From Desulfomonilia bacterium (GTDB lineage: Bacteria > Desulfobacterota > Desulfomonilia > UBA1062): 64,000 nucleotides of DNA. The position numbers were made by a program, and so were the translations under genes. Below the pieces are notes generated by a model. The model saw nothing but the letters and a program-made list of their open reading frames with translations, had not been told where the DNA came from and did no database searches. Shown one piece after another: positions 1-10,574 of the stretch. Numbering within the stretch: position 1 is the stretch's first letter; each line of letters begins with the position of its first letter. Location: NCBI GenBank assembly GCA_963664325.2, contig CAXXDQ010000003.1:800001-864000 (forward strand), given 5' to 3'.

Positions 1-1161
1 AGTTTGCGAACCGGGCTTTGGCGTAGCATCAGGGCTGGCCAGAGCGGGCATGCCGCTTAAAACTTTTGCCACCTCTTCAGCTGTGGCATTCTGCAGATAG
101 TAGACATGGATATCCTCTTTTCCGCTTGGGGTAGGGATATCGAGTTCGGTAATAAGATCTGAAATGTCTTTTAAATCCTGTTCATTCGCAACGACGATTA
201 ATGAATTGGTCCTTTCATAAGGGAGTATTTTTGCCGGTTCTTTCGTTGAGGTTGCTCCTGGCATGCGTCTTGATATTGCTGCTCTTGAACTGGCATCTGT
301 GGCTGAAGCACCTGTAAGAATCTGGTTCAGTTTGTTTGAGAGATCGGTTGCAGAAGCATGTTCAAGACGGAGGATTTTGACCTCCTGCGCATTGCCTTTG
401 ACATCGATTATCTTTATTATCTCCATGATTTTCTTCAAATTCGAAAGCGTATCCGTAACAATCAGGATATTGCTCTGGGGGTATGACATTATCTGCGAAC
501 TGCTTTTTGAAATAAGGGGGGTAATGAGATTTTTTATGTCTTCGGCATCTGCATATTTCAATTGTATGATCTGGGTGACCAGCTTGTCCTGGGCTGATGT
601 CGAGATGGCCGTTTGTGTTTCAATTCCTTTGGTTACGGCATCCGATGACTTGACTACTTTAATTATATTGCCTGCCTTGACAGTTGTATATCCGTTTACT
701 TCGAGAATGCTCTCAAAGACTTTATAGGCTTCATCTATGGTCATTTTACGGGGGGAAACAACACTGACCTTGCCGGTGACATTATTATCTATAATGAAAT
801 TTTTCTTTGTTATATCTGCAATGAATTTGACAAGCATGCTGATATCCATCCCGTCAAAATCCATGGTTACATACTGAGTCTTTCCTTTTGTTTTCTTATC
901 CTCCTTTTTCATTTCGGAGTTGTTTTTATCAGCTGCGGAAGTGCTGAAATCCTTTGCCGATAATACATCTTCTTTGGGTGCGTTATCGTTCTCCTTTTTT
1001 ACGGTTTTCTCCTGTTGAGCGGTTTTGTCCTGGCGATTTTTGATTTCGATTGGTGTTGATGGTGCAGGCGAGTTTTTATCCACCATTCTCGCGGCGTATA
1101 TGCTGCCTATCGAAAACAGTGTAATGATTACTAACATCGCCAAAAATCGTACAGTCTTCAT
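1..1161 (-). CDS. gspD: Type II secretion secretin GspD, N-terminal part (runs off window start)
   Basis: Hand translation from ATG at 1161 (GGGGAG RBS): signal peptide MKTVRFLAMLVIITLFSIGSIYAA, N0 domain VTMDFDGMDISMLVKFIADITKKNFIIDNNVTGKVSVVSP, repeated N-domain motifs LKYADA / LEHASA / LQNATA; lies downstream of gspC and exeA. Confidence 0.9.
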   Translation of the reverse strand, partial: MKTVRFLAMLVIITLFSIGSIYAARMVDKNSPAPSTPIEIKNRQDKTAQQEKTVKKENDNAPKEDVLSAKDFSTSAADKNNSEMKKEDKKTKGKTQYVTMDFDGMDISMLVKFIADITKKNFIIDNNVTGKVSVVSPRKMTIDEAYKVFESILEVNGYTTVKAGNIIKVVKSSDAVTKGIETQTAISTSAQDKLVTQIIQLKYADAEDIKNLITPLISKSSSQIMSYPQSNILIVTDTLSNLKKIMEIIKIIDVKGNAQEVKILRLEHASATDLSNKLNQILTGASATDASSRAAISRRMPGATSTKEPAKILPYERTNSLIVVANEQDLKDISDLITELDIPTPSGKEDIHVYYLQNATAEEVAKVLSGMPALASPDATPKPGSQT

Positions 1162-1185
1162 TTCTCCCCCTTAATTATTGTCACT

Positions 1186-1881
1186 CTAGTTCCATGTACC
1201 TTTAAGGCTTTCGAGGTCGGGATCATTCTTTGCCCACTTTCTTACATCCTGTCCGTTCATTTTAATCGCAAGTTTCAGTTCCCTGAGTGCAGATGCTTTA
1301 TCTCCTTTTTTAGCATAGGCGCAAGCAAGATTATACACCGGTTCAACATTATCTTTCGAGCATTGAATTGCAATTTTAAAATACTTTATTGCGCTGTCAT
1401 AATCCGACTTTGCCAGTAGGACTGCACCGAGATTGTTTATCAGACCGGCGTCGTTTTTGTAAACAGCCAGTGCTTCCTTGTATACTGAAGCGGCTTTGTC
1501 AAGTTCACCTTTCTCAAAATACAGGTTGGCAAGCTTAATATATTCATCCTTGCTTTTATCAGGGGCGCTGACAACAGGGTCCTGGATATTTGCTGCCGGT
1601 AATTTCATTGCAGTTTCTGGAGCGACTTTTTTTTGTAATGCCACGGATTTTGCCGGGGTCTGATAAGGAGTTGTTTTAGATGCATTATGATGATTTTTAA
1701 TTGTTACAGGCGTTGAGACATAGGAATATATGCCCATTGAAACTATCGAACTGATTGTTATTGCAATAATAACAATTGCCCAGTTCTTTGGGGTGCTCCA
1801 GCTCTTCGGCTTGTCGGCGACAGGCAATATGCGAGTATCTTCATGTTGAACACGTTTCAGTGCGTCATATATGGAACTCAT
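1186..1881 (-). CDS. Membrane-anchored TPR protein, GspB/ExeB-like position
   Basis: N-terminal MSSIYDALKR resembles ExeB/GspB N-termini; one TM helix; C-terminal TPR motifs (NNLGAVLL, YNLACAYA); 4-nt overlap with exeA. Confidence 0.7.
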   Translation of the reverse strand: MSSIYDALKRVQHEDTRILPVADKPKSWSTPKNWAIVIIAITISSIVSMGIYSYVSTPVTIKNHHNASKTTPYQTPAKSVALQKKVAPETAMKLPAANIQDPVVSAPDKSKDEYIKLANLYFEKGELDKAASVYKEALAVYKNDAGLINNLGAVLLAKSDYDSAIKYFKIAIQCSKDNVEPVYNLACAYAKKGDKASALRELKLAIKMNGQDVRKWAKNDPDLESLKGTWN

Positions 1882-3380
1882 ATCTTTTTACCTTCCAGTA
1901 TATTAATGAGTGCAAGTGTTTCCGTACCGGCGATGCCGTCTTTTGCCAGACCGCATGTTTCCTGCAGTTTTTCTATGCCCTCCGAAGTTTCAATACCGTA
2001 AATACCATTCGGGTCAATAGATATATAGCCCAGATCTTTAAGTTTTTCCTGTATTTTTTTAACACTTTCTCCCGTTGATGCAATACCGAAGGTCTCTTTT
2101 ACAGTATTCCTCTTGTATATTATAACAACATGACCCTGATATATCTCTGAAAAACTTTTTATCGGTATATTTATCCTGCTCATGTCCTTTTTTATTAATT
2201 CGGCATCATTACCATTGATCCGTTCAACAATGCAGTAGCCTCCCCATACTGAAGCAACGAAAGGTTTTGAAATGCTCTTCAGCAGAGCAAAAGGCGGAAA
2301 CAGGTTTAAAACGGAATTCGTTTCAGCATTTTCAGGAAGCAATTTCAATGCGTCTAGTGCTGTCCTGTAATCTTTCATCACACAGTCATGACAGAATGGG
2401 TTTGATATTCTGTCAGCCGGTTGCAGATTCTGGGATATATGTTCATTATTTTTTGCCATACCGTTCGTTTCTTCAATGAGAGATAGAATCGGCTGCCAGA
2501 AAAATAACAGTCCTGCAATAACAGCTGCAATAACGGCACCGGCCAGGGCTTTTTTTAAGTATGAAGAACCGGGATAATTCCCTGTTATCTCCTTGATCGC
2601 CTGATAGGCAATGGAACCGGATATTGTATTTGTTCCTTTCGTAAAAGCAATCAGCAGTGATCGCTCACATGCTGCGTTAATCCTTCTTGGCAGGCCCCCT
2701 GAAAATTTAAAAATTCTATTAAGCGCCGCCCTGGAAAAATTGATATCTCCATGTGAACCTGAAACGATGAGCCTGTGCTTGATATAATTCCTTGTGTCCG
2801 GTTTGCTTAGGAGTCCCATGTGATATCTGACAGTAATGCGGTCGCTTATCTGCTTCAGGCTTGGGGTCGATAGCATCGATTTTAATTCCGGCTGTCCTAT
2901 GAGTACTATCTGAATAAGTTTTTCCTTTTCAGTTTCGAGATTTGAAATCATTCTGATCTGTTCAAGAACGTCAGGGGAAAGATTCTGGCATTCATCAATG
3001 ATCAGTACCGCATTCTTGTTTTTTGACCTGACGTCGAGAAGAAAACCGTATAACTCATCCAATAAAGCTTTTTTCGAGGTACTTGTCGAGTTGATACCGA
3101 ATTCCTGGTTTATTGTCTGCAAAAGTTCAATATCGGATAGCGCAGGGTTAAGTATCAGGGCAGTTTTTATTGTTTCCGGAAGTGTGGTCAGCAAGACACG
3201 GCACAGCGTGGTTTTGCCTGCACCGACCTCGCCTGTAATTAATATAAAGCCCTTTTTTTCATCAATGCCGTATTTCAGATGGGAGAGGGCTTCTTTATGC
3301 ACCTCTGAAAAATAGAGATATTTGGGGTCAGGCGTAAGGTTGAAAGGGTTTTCTGTCAGTCCAAAATATTTCTCAAACAT
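1878..3380 (-). CDS. exeA: ExeA/GspA-family AAA ATPase with C-terminal peptidoglycan-binding domain
   Basis: YFGLTENPFNLTPDPKYLY, Walker A GEVGAGKT, Walker B LIIDECQ, LIGQPEL, GLPRRIN; C-terminal PG-binding motif DGIAGTET. Confidence 0.9.
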   Translation of the reverse strand: MFEKYFGLTENPFNLTPDPKYLYFSEVHKEALSHLKYGIDEKKGFILITGEVGAGKTTLCRVLLTTLPETIKTALILNPALSDIELLQTINQEFGINSTSTSKKALLDELYGFLLDVRSKNKNAVLIIDECQNLSPDVLEQIRMISNLETEKEKLIQIVLIGQPELKSMLSTPSLKQISDRITVRYHMGLLSKPDTRNYIKHRLIVSGSHGDINFSRAALNRIFKFSGGLPRRINAACERSLLIAFTKGTNTISGSIAYQAIKEITGNYPGSSYLKKALAGAVIAAVIAGLLFFWQPILSLIEETNGMAKNNEHISQNLQPADRISNPFCHDCVMKDYRTALDALKLLPENAETNSVLNLFPPFALLKSISKPFVASVWGGYCIVERINGNDAELIKKDMSRINIPIKSFSEIYQGHVVIIYKRNTVKETFGIASTGESVKKIQEKLKDLGYISIDPNGIYGIETSEGIEKLQETCGLAKDGIAGTETLALINILEGKKI

Positions 3381-3438
3381 TCACTATTGCCCCAAGGTTA
3401 TTTATGTAATCTTTGTATCTTTATTTAAATGCGGACGG

Positions 3439-4284
3439 CTATTTCAGCGGGACGTTAACGGAAGTTGTTGTCCCATGGCGTTCAAGCTCAACATTTGCCG
3501 AGGAAACGTTCTGCATGTTCTGGTATAGTTTCATAGCGTCTTCAGGAGTTTTTATTGGTATCCCGTTAACTGATTTTATTACATCCCCAGAACGCACCCC
3601 AAGGCCGAACAATGGTGAACTGTTGTCAACATTGGTTACCCGGAAACCGTAAGGTTCTCCGCCTTTGAAATAAGGGACAACCCTGGCATTGCCAAGAAAC
3701 TGCTCCATATTCTGCATAGCTGATGACATGTCTGTGCCGCCTGTGGCGCTGCCGGGCATCGGTATTGCTGGACCCGAAGGACCGCCTTTTGATCCCTTTT
3801 TGGCGCTAGTATCCTCAGGAACAAGCATCTGTTCCTGGCCGTTCATTTGAAGGATTACCTTGTTCCTGAAAATTCCGATTATGTTTGCCCCAGATACGGA
3901 ATCTCCTATTTTGTAAAGCTGCTGTTTTCCTTTATCCTCGATAATAGCCCTGCTGAAGACAACTGATCCTGCTATAGTGCCTTTTAATACAAGCCCGAGA
4001 GAAGCAATAGGACGGTCTCTGTCATCGCCAGTGAGGGTCCCCTGGGGCCCTTTGCTGATTGATCCAAGGAGCTTCCTTTCTTTTATGATATCATAAGACG
4101 AAAGTGGTGCGGGCTGCCTCTTGGGTGTTTCAACAGCCGTTATATTCTGTTTGGGCGGACCGGGCATCACAAAGAGCAGCTGTCCGCTGACACTCATGAT
4201 GATACCCACGATAACCCAGGCAAAAAGTGTTATGAATATAACAGGTACAAGCCATTTGTAGCGATTAAGCATATACAGCCTCAC
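3439..4284 (-). CDS. gspC: Type II secretion protein GspC (HR + PDZ domains)
   Basis: N-terminal [22 protein letters not shown] domain, PDZ-like [13 protein letters not shown]; GTG start overlaps the fusA stop. Confidence 0.85.
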   Translation of the reverse strand: MRLYMLNRYKWLVPVIFITLFAWVIVGIIMSVSGQLLFVMPGPPKQNITAVETPKRQPAPLSSYDIIKERKLLGSISKGPQGTLTGDDRDRPIASLGLVLKGTIAGSVVFSRAIIEDKGKQQLYKIGDSVSGANIIGIFRNKVILQMNGQEQMLVPEDTSAKKGSKGGPSGPAIPMPGSATGGTDMSSAMQNMEQFLGNARVVPYFKGGEPYGFRVTNVDNSSPLFGLGVRSGDVIKSVNGIPIKTPEDAMKLYQNMQNVSSANVELERHGTTTSVNVPLK

Positions 4285-6305
4285 ATATTGTCATATCGGA
4301 AGAACTTCATATTAAAGCTGCCTCTTCCTCTGCTTATGGACCTCAACTGTGTGGAATACCCGAATGTCCTGGATAAAGGGACATATGCCTTTATGCAATG
4401 ATATTTACCCTTGATAATAACACCCTCTATATTTGCCCTGCGCGAGCTTAGATCACCTACAACATCCCCGACATATTCCTCCGGGACCATGACCTCTATA
4501 TCCATGACCGGTTCAAGGACAAGGATTCCCGCATTTTTTACCGCATCCTGCAAAGCCATTTGCGAGGCTATTTTCATTCCCTGTCCAGTAGTTTCTTCTG
4601 TAATAATAACTTTTTTTACCTGAACTGCAACATCAACTATATTGTAACCGTTAACAGGGTCGGCAAGACAGCCTTCTTCTATGCCAAGAAGGATTGAGGA
4701 TTTTATCTCTTCGCTTGTATCAGGGATGATATTGATTGTGTTCCCCGCACCTCTTTTTCCTGGGGATACATTAAGCATGACATGGCCTGAATGAAAAGCG
4801 TCCCCAAGTTTTTTGTTGAATGCCGATTCTCCATCTCCCGGGCCCCTGACGCTTGAACAGAAAAGGACCTGTGGATTCCCGACATTTATATCTACTCCGA
4901 AGGCGGTTTTAAGCCGGTCGACAGCAATTTCAAGATGAAGCTCGCCCATGCCTGCCAGGATTACCTGGCCTGTATCGGGGTCTTCATGGACCTTTATGGT
5001 GGGGTCTTCATCCATTAGTTTCGATGAGGTCGTCATCAACCTCTGATATGCGTCTCCTCCTCCGCTTTTAGGCTCAATGGCTATTGATATGACAGGTTTG
5101 AGTACTTCTATGGGTTCAAGCACGAGGGTATCGTTTCCAACAGTCAGCGTATCACCGGTGACGGCGTCTTTAAGGCCGGCAACAGCAATGATATCACCTG
5201 CTACGGCATTTTCTATCCTCTCCTTATGATGGGCATGCATCATAAACAACCTTGCAACCTTTTCTGAAGTTTCCCTTGTAGTATTGTATAGTTCGTCACC
5301 TGCATGCATCTCGCCAGAATAAAGCCTGAGGTAGACCAGCCTTCTGCCTTCCTCCATATATACCTTGAATGCATAGGCTACAAGAGGGCTTTTGGGGTCC
5401 GAGGAAATTGCGATGAGTTCACCTGTTTTCTTGTCATGTCCAAGCGGCGGTCTTATATCAGTAGGCGAGGGAAGATAATCAATAATTGCATCAACCAGGG
5501 GCTGGATGCCCTTGTTTCTAAGTGCCGCCCCAAACAGAACCGGCAGTATCCTGTTTTCAATTGTGCCTTTACGGATTGCATCTTTAATTGTCCTGATGCT
5601 AATCGCTTCCCCAGCAAGGTAGGATTCCATGAAGGAATCATCGAGTTCCGCAAGGGATTCCATCAAATGATCCCTTAATGAAGCAGCCTCTTTAAGATAA
5701 TCCCCGGAAATATCAGATTCGTTAACTTCGCTGCCCTGATCATCATCTTTCCAGACAAGCTGTTTCATACGCAGGAGATCAATTATACCTTTGAAAGAAT
5801 CGCCAGCATAATATGGAAGCTGAACGGGTATAGGCTTTATCTCGAGACGCTTTTCAATCTGGGTGAGCACTGATTTATAATCTGCCCCCGGCCTGTCAAG
5901 CTTGTTTATAAATGCGATTGTAGGAACTTCATATTTTCTTGCCTGGTGCCAGACTGTTTCTGTCTGTGCCTGCACGCCTCCGACACCGCAAAGGATCATG
6001 ACGGCGCCGTCAAGCACCCTGAGGCTTCTCTCCACCTCGATTGTGAAATCGACATGACCCGGAGTATCGATTATGTGGATTTCATGCTCATTCCATTTGC
6101 AGGTGGTAACCGCAGAGGTTATTGTTATGCCACGTTCCTGTTCCTGCGGGAGGTAATCCATGGTCGCCTGACCGTCATGCACCTCGCCCATCTTGTGGAT
6201 ACGGCCTGTATAAAAAAGGACTCTTTCAGTTACCGTGGTTTTCCCGGCGTCTATATGCGCCACAAAACCCATATTTCGAACTTTTCTAAGTCTGTCAGGT
6301 TTCAT
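4281..6305 (-). CDS. fusA: Elongation factor G, divergent paralog
   Basis: [39 protein letters not shown]; domain IV divergent; not in a str operon. Confidence 0.9.
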   Translation of the reverse strand: MKPDRLRKVRNMGFVAHIDAGKTTVTERVLFYTGRIHKMGEVHDGQATMDYLPQEQERGITITSAVTTCKWNEHEIHIIDTPGHVDFTIEVERSLRVLDGAVMILCGVGGVQAQTETVWHQARKYEVPTIAFINKLDRPGADYKSVLTQIEKRLEIKPIPVQLPYYAGDSFKGIIDLLRMKQLVWKDDDQGSEVNESDISGDYLKEAASLRDHLMESLAELDDSFMESYLAGEAISIRTIKDAIRKGTIENRILPVLFGAALRNKGIQPLVDAIIDYLPSPTDIRPPLGHDKKTGELIAISSDPKSPLVAYAFKVYMEEGRRLVYLRLYSGEMHAGDELYNTTRETSEKVARLFMMHAHHKERIENAVAGDIIAVAGLKDAVTGDTLTVGNDTLVLEPIEVLKPVISIAIEPKSGGGDAYQRLMTTSSKLMDEDPTIKVHEDPDTGQVILAGMGELHLEIAVDRLKTAFGVDINVGNPQVLFCSSVRGPGDGESAFNKKLGDAFHSGHVMLNVSPGKRGAGNTINIIPDTSEEIKSSILLGIEEGCLADPVNGYNIVDVAVQVKKVIITEETTGQGMKIASQMALQDAVKNAGILVLEPVMDIEVMVPEEYVGDVVGDLSSRRANIEGVIIKGKYHCIKAYVPLSRTFGYSTQLRSISRGRGSFNMKFFRYDNM

Positions 6306-6484
6306 TCCCTTTTCACCCTCATAAAATTATATACCAAGATATAACTCATATACATAGTCCATTTCATTACCAAAATGGAAATCGATAAAGTTCGGAAGAG
6401 TTGATAATATAATTAAATAAAGAATTTATTTAATTCCGACGATTTTATCAAAAAGGCAACATTACTCTTCTTGGAGGGGCAATA

Positions 6485-7738
6485 ATGAAACACCGTATCG
6501 CAGTTATAGGTCTCGGCTATGTAGGATTACCGCTGGCAGTTGAGTTCGGCAAGATATATCCGACTGTCGGCTTTGATACAAATCCGGAAAGGATCGAAGA
6601 ATTATCCGGACATTATGACAGGACAAAGGAGATTGAGCCCGATGAATTCAACCCTGCAAAATATCTCAAATTTGCATTGAATAAAAAGGATATAATCGGA
6701 TGCAATATTTATATTGTAACCGTTCCGACGCCGATCGATTCCTACAACAGGCCTGATATTACACTGCTCAAAAAAGCAAGTGAAACGGTTGGGAGCGTTC
6801 TTTCCAAGGGAGATATAGTGATTTATGAATCAACCGTATATCCGGGCTGTACGGAAGAGGATTGTGTTCCTGTCCTGGAACGTTCGTCCGGACTTAAATA
6901 CAACAGGGATTTTTTCTGCGGGTACAGTCCGGAAAGGATAAATCCCGGCGACAAGGCGCACAGGCTGCCTAACATACAGAAAGTAACCTCCGGGTCCACC
7001 CCGGAAACAGCCGATATCATAGACCGGCTTTATGCATCGATTATAACGGCAGGCACACACAAAGCACCGTCAATAAGGGTTGCAGAGGCGGCAAAGGTTA
7101 TTGAGAATTCACAGAGGGATATAAATATCGCCTTCATAAACGAACTTTCCATTATTTTTTCAAAGATGGGGATAAGGACAAGGGATGTATTGGCGGCCGC
7201 CAGGACCAAATGGAATTTTCTGCCCTTTGAGCCGGGTCTGGTCGGCGGGCACTGTATCGGTGTTGATCCTTATTACCTGACGCACAAGGCTGAAGGACTG
7301 GGTTATATCCCGCAGATTATTCTTGCAGGCCGAAGGCTTAACGACAGCATGGGGCCTTATGTGGCGGGACAGACAATTAAACTGCTTATAAAAAAAGGCT
7401 GCAACATTAAAGGGGCGAAAGTGCTTGTCCTGGGGATTACATTCAAGGAGAATTGTCCCGATATCAGGAATTCAAAAGTGATTGATGTTGTGAGAGAATT
7501 AAAGGATTTCGGCTGTATTGTGGATGTATACGATCCGTATGCCGATCCCGATGAGGTTATGAAGGAATATGGCATCCATATAGTTTCACACGAAAAGAAA
7601 CTTGGTAAGTATAATGCCATCGTAGCCGCTGTCGCACACCAGAAATTCAAAAAGATGAGATTTGATAAACTAAGTGATAAGGACTGTGTCATGTATGATG
7701 TGAAGAATATTCTGGCTAGTGCCGACGGTGCGTTATAA
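6485..7738 (+). CDS. UDP-N-acetylhexosamine 6-dehydrogenase (TviB/WbpO-like)
   Basis: GLGYVGLP Rossmann motif, YESTVYPG, GYSPERINPGD, catalytic GGHCIGVDPYYL, TFKENCPD. Confidence 0.9.
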   Translation: MKHRIAVIGLGYVGLPLAVEFGKIYPTVGFDTNPERIEELSGHYDRTKEIEPDEFNPAKYLKFALNKKDIIGCNIYIVTVPTPIDSYNRPDITLLKKASETVGSVLSKGDIVIYESTVYPGCTEEDCVPVLERSSGLKYNRDFFCGYSPERINPGDKAHRLPNIQKVTSGSTPETADIIDRLYASIITAGTHKAPSIRVAEAAKVIENSQRDINIAFINELSIIFSKMGIRTRDVLAAARTKWNFLPFEPGLVGGHCIGVDPYYLTHKAEGLGYIPQIILAGRRLNDSMGPYVAGQTIKLLIKKGCNIKGAKVLVLGITFKENCPDIRNSKVIDVVRELKDFGCIVDVYDPYADPDEVMKEYGIHIVSHEKKLGKYNAIVAAVAHQKFKKMRFDKLSDKDCVMYDVKNILASADGAL

Positions 7739-7931
7739 CTATTCCATTACCTGCAGAAATTTTAATAAATTCTCAAGTATATACAATGACAGGATGCCGA
7801 TCACCGCAATACATGGATTTCAATCACACCGATTGTTTTGCTATTGAGCAATAAGACAAAAAAGACTATCCTGATTCTGAAATCTTTCTCATCTAAAGAC
7901 TTCCATAAATATGCAATAGGGGAGGATACAA

Positions 7932-9194
7932 ATGGCAGCTGATACAAATGTGAAATTCAAGCTTACAGACAGACAGAAAAAGATTTTGCCAGTCCTTATG
8001 TGCGGTTCGTTCTTCGAGGGCTTTGACTGGATGGTAATCAATATGACCCTTCCATATATTGCTAAGGATATGAATATTGGGGTCGAGGCAACCGGTCTTG
8101 TTCTTACTATCGTGGCGATAGGAACATTAGCTGCTTTCTTTTTTGTCAGAATGGGTGACAGAATAGGAAGAAGGCCTGTTTTCATCTGGGCTGTTTGCCT
8201 GTATGCCATCATGAGCATAGCTACTGCGTTTTCACCGAATATATATTTTTTCATAGCGTGCCAGTTTTTTGCAAGGGTATTTCTTGTAACTGAGTGGGCG
8301 ACAGGTTTTATTGTTGTAGCGGAAGAATTTCCTGCTGAGACTAGAGGACGCGGTCTGGCTTTATTCCAGTTCGTCGCTGGAATAGGAGCCATCTTCCCTT
8401 CAGCACTTCTTGGTGTAATGATGGCATCACGTTTTGGATGGCGTGGGCTTTTCGTTCTGGGAGGGCTGCCGCTGATAATTATTCTTCTGCTGAAAAAGAA
8501 CTTCACTGAAACCCAGAGTTTCCAGAAAGCAGCCGATACGGCAAAAAACAAGCCTGAATTCTTTGAGGTATTCAAGCCTAAATATCGCAAGTACATGATA
8601 TCAGTTTCGCTTCTCTGGTTTTTTTCCTATTTGTGCTACACGACAGCGATGAATTTCTTCTCATACCATGTTGTGAACACGCATGGATGGACACCCGGCA
8701 AGATATCTCTGGCGACTTCGGTGGCATATTTAGTCGGATTTGTCGGATATATCCTGGCCGGAAAGCTAATGGATTCCATCGGAAGGAAACCGACGGCAAT
8801 AATATTTTTCCTGTGCGGAACATTGGGAACTGTATGTGCATTCCAGATGTCGAAGTATCAACTGATATTTGCATCCCTTGTTTTCGGAACGTTTTTTATC
8901 GGCGTATTCACTGTGTTGTGCGCGTCTTTCACGAACGAACTGTTTCCAACCAGAATCAGGGCAAGCGCCTCGGCATGGGGAAACAACATATTCGGCAGGA
9001 TTGCCCAGGTTGTTGCGCCTGGTCTTGTCGGGTATCTTGCAGTGAACATCGGAGGAACAGGCAATGCTGCATCCCTGATGGCCCTTGGCCCTATTATTTC
9101 AACCATTATAGTTATATTCCTGCTTCCTGAAACAAAGGGATTCAAGGTTGAAGAGGACGATCAGGCAATGGAATCAATCGCAACCCAGGCTTAG
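7932..9194 (+). CDS. MFS transporter (sugar/aromatic acid type)
   Basis: About 12 hydrophobic segments, MFS motif A twice (GDRIGRR, MDSIGRK), EEFPAETRG, ELFPTRIR, LPETKG. Confidence 0.9.
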   Translation: MAADTNVKFKLTDRQKKILPVLMCGSFFEGFDWMVINMTLPYIAKDMNIGVEATGLVLTIVAIGTLAAFFFVRMGDRIGRRPVFIWAVCLYAIMSIATAFSPNIYFFIACQFFARVFLVTEWATGFIVVAEEFPAETRGRGLALFQFVAGIGAIFPSALLGVMMASRFGWRGLFVLGGLPLIIILLLKKNFTETQSFQKAADTAKNKPEFFEVFKPKYRKYMISVSLLWFFSYLCYTTAMNFFSYHVVNTHGWTPGKISLATSVAYLVGFVGYILAGKLMDSIGRKPTAIIFFLCGTLGTVCAFQMSKYQLIFASLVFGTFFIGVFTVLCASFTNELFPTRIRASASAWGNNIFGRIAQVVAPGLVGYLAVNIGGTGNAASLMALGPIISTIIVIFLLPETKGFKVEEDDQAMESIATQA

Positions 9195-9348
9195 AAGCAT
9201 GGGGCGATAAATGATGAACCGATAATCATAGACAGATACAGTAGTAATCCTGAATACATTATCGGCGGATAAAATGAAATTTATTGGCAAACGGTTTTTT
9301 GTGGTTTTCATAAAGCCATAATTTATTCGTTCATGATGAAGAACTGTT

Positions 9349-9380
9349 AAAGCACACTGCCTTAAAAGGCAGTGTGCTTT
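9349..9380. terminator. Intrinsic terminator-like hairpin downstream of the MFS gene
   Basis: Perfect 15-bp inverted repeat AAAGCACACTGCCTT-AA-AAGGCAGTGTGCTTT with A/T-rich ends. Confidence 0.65.
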
Positions 9381-9685
9381 TAATCGATGAGTTTGGCATC
9401 TCGGGAATAATCCTTAAAACAGCTTTTAGAAATCAAAATATCTGCGATAGTGGCCTGTTTGATGAAGCAAAACGCATAATATTTATAACGGCCATTATGG
9501 ATAATGATTTTGCAAAAGAATCAAGCAATGATAATTTCTTGCAAGAACTGCATACTCATACTGATCTTACAGATCCAATCTATGCTTTTGCACATTTATG
9601 ATACAGAGGGAATCAGGGTACTGTATTAAATATTCCGCTTTAATACTGCTGGACATAAGATGCCGGATGAGATATATAGATATAT

Positions 9686-9701
9686 AGTCATATATATGAC
9701 T
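9686..9701. promoter_or_regulatory. Perfect palindrome, candidate GntR operator
   Basis: AGTCATATATATGACT is its own reverse complement and lies about 50 bp upstream of the GntR start. Confidence 0.55.
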
Positions 9702-9752
9702 TTCAGATAACAGATAACTGCGTTTTCAGTTTCACGCCAGGGGGAACACTAT

Positions 9753-10511
9753 ATGTCGAGGGAACACCGGGAGGTATTGAATGGGGTAGGGGGGGCGCCT
9801 TTACCCGCCTATTACCGGTTGCAGGAAGCGTTGCGAGGGAAAATAGAGGACGGCCACTGGAAGCCGGGCGAGCCGATTCCATCGGAGCGGCTTATCACCG
9901 AAGAGTACAAGATAAGCGTAGGAACGGTGAAGAAGGCCCTCGGGAATCTGGTGGGCGAAGGGTATCTTTATAGGGTTCAGGGCAAGGGCACCTTTGTTGG
10001 AAGAAGTACTCTAAGGCAGGAGAGCTTGCGATACTACCGGATGGTCAGGGAGTTCAACGACGGGATGGCAGAGCTTGAAGTAAGACTCTTAGGCATTAAA
10101 GAAATCCAGGGATTCGAGCCTGCTAACCGGTTTCTCGAAATTTCAACGGACATGAAACTTTACGAGATCAAAAGAGTCTTCAGTTCAGACCAGAGGCCTG
10201 TCGTTTATGCCGTCTCATATATCTCCAGGGGGATGTTCAAGGATTTCGACCGGGTAGCCTTATCCTGCCTTGACAAAAGCACGTTATATGAAACCGTGGA
10301 AAAGAACTACGGGCTGCCTACAATCAGGAACAGAGAACTTTTCGGTGCGACTCGCGCGGATGCCCGAACTGCCGGCATTCTAAATATTGAAAAGGGCGAA
10401 CCCGTCCTCACCATTGAAATGCTTTCATACACATACAAAAGCGTGCCCTATGAATACCGCCTGAGCTATTGCGTCACATCAGCTCACAGAATACTCGCCG
10501 AAATAAGATGA
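9753..10511 (+). CDS. GntR family regulator, HutC/UTRA type
   Basis: wHTH PGEPIPSE..ISVGTVKKAL..GYLYRVQGKGTFV plus UTRA-length C-terminal domain. Confidence 0.9.
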   Translation: MSREHREVLNGVGGAPLPAYYRLQEALRGKIEDGHWKPGEPIPSERLITEEYKISVGTVKKALGNLVGEGYLYRVQGKGTFVGRSTLRQESLRYYRMVREFNDGMAELEVRLLGIKEIQGFEPANRFLEISTDMKLYEIKRVFSSDQRPVVYAVSYISRGMFKDFDRVALSCLDKSTLYETVEKNYGLPTIRNRELFGATRADARTAGILNIEKGEPVLTIEMLSYTYKSVPYEYRLSYCVTSAHRILAEIR

Positions 10512-10574
10512 CGGAAACGCCTGTCCCGATCGCATAAGGACAGGCATTTTTATAAGTTGCTTCAAGGAGATGCT

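Noticed and set aside
9374-9601. 75-aa ORF between the MFS gene and GntR
   Set aside because: Starts inside the terminator hairpin, no RBS, no recognisable motif
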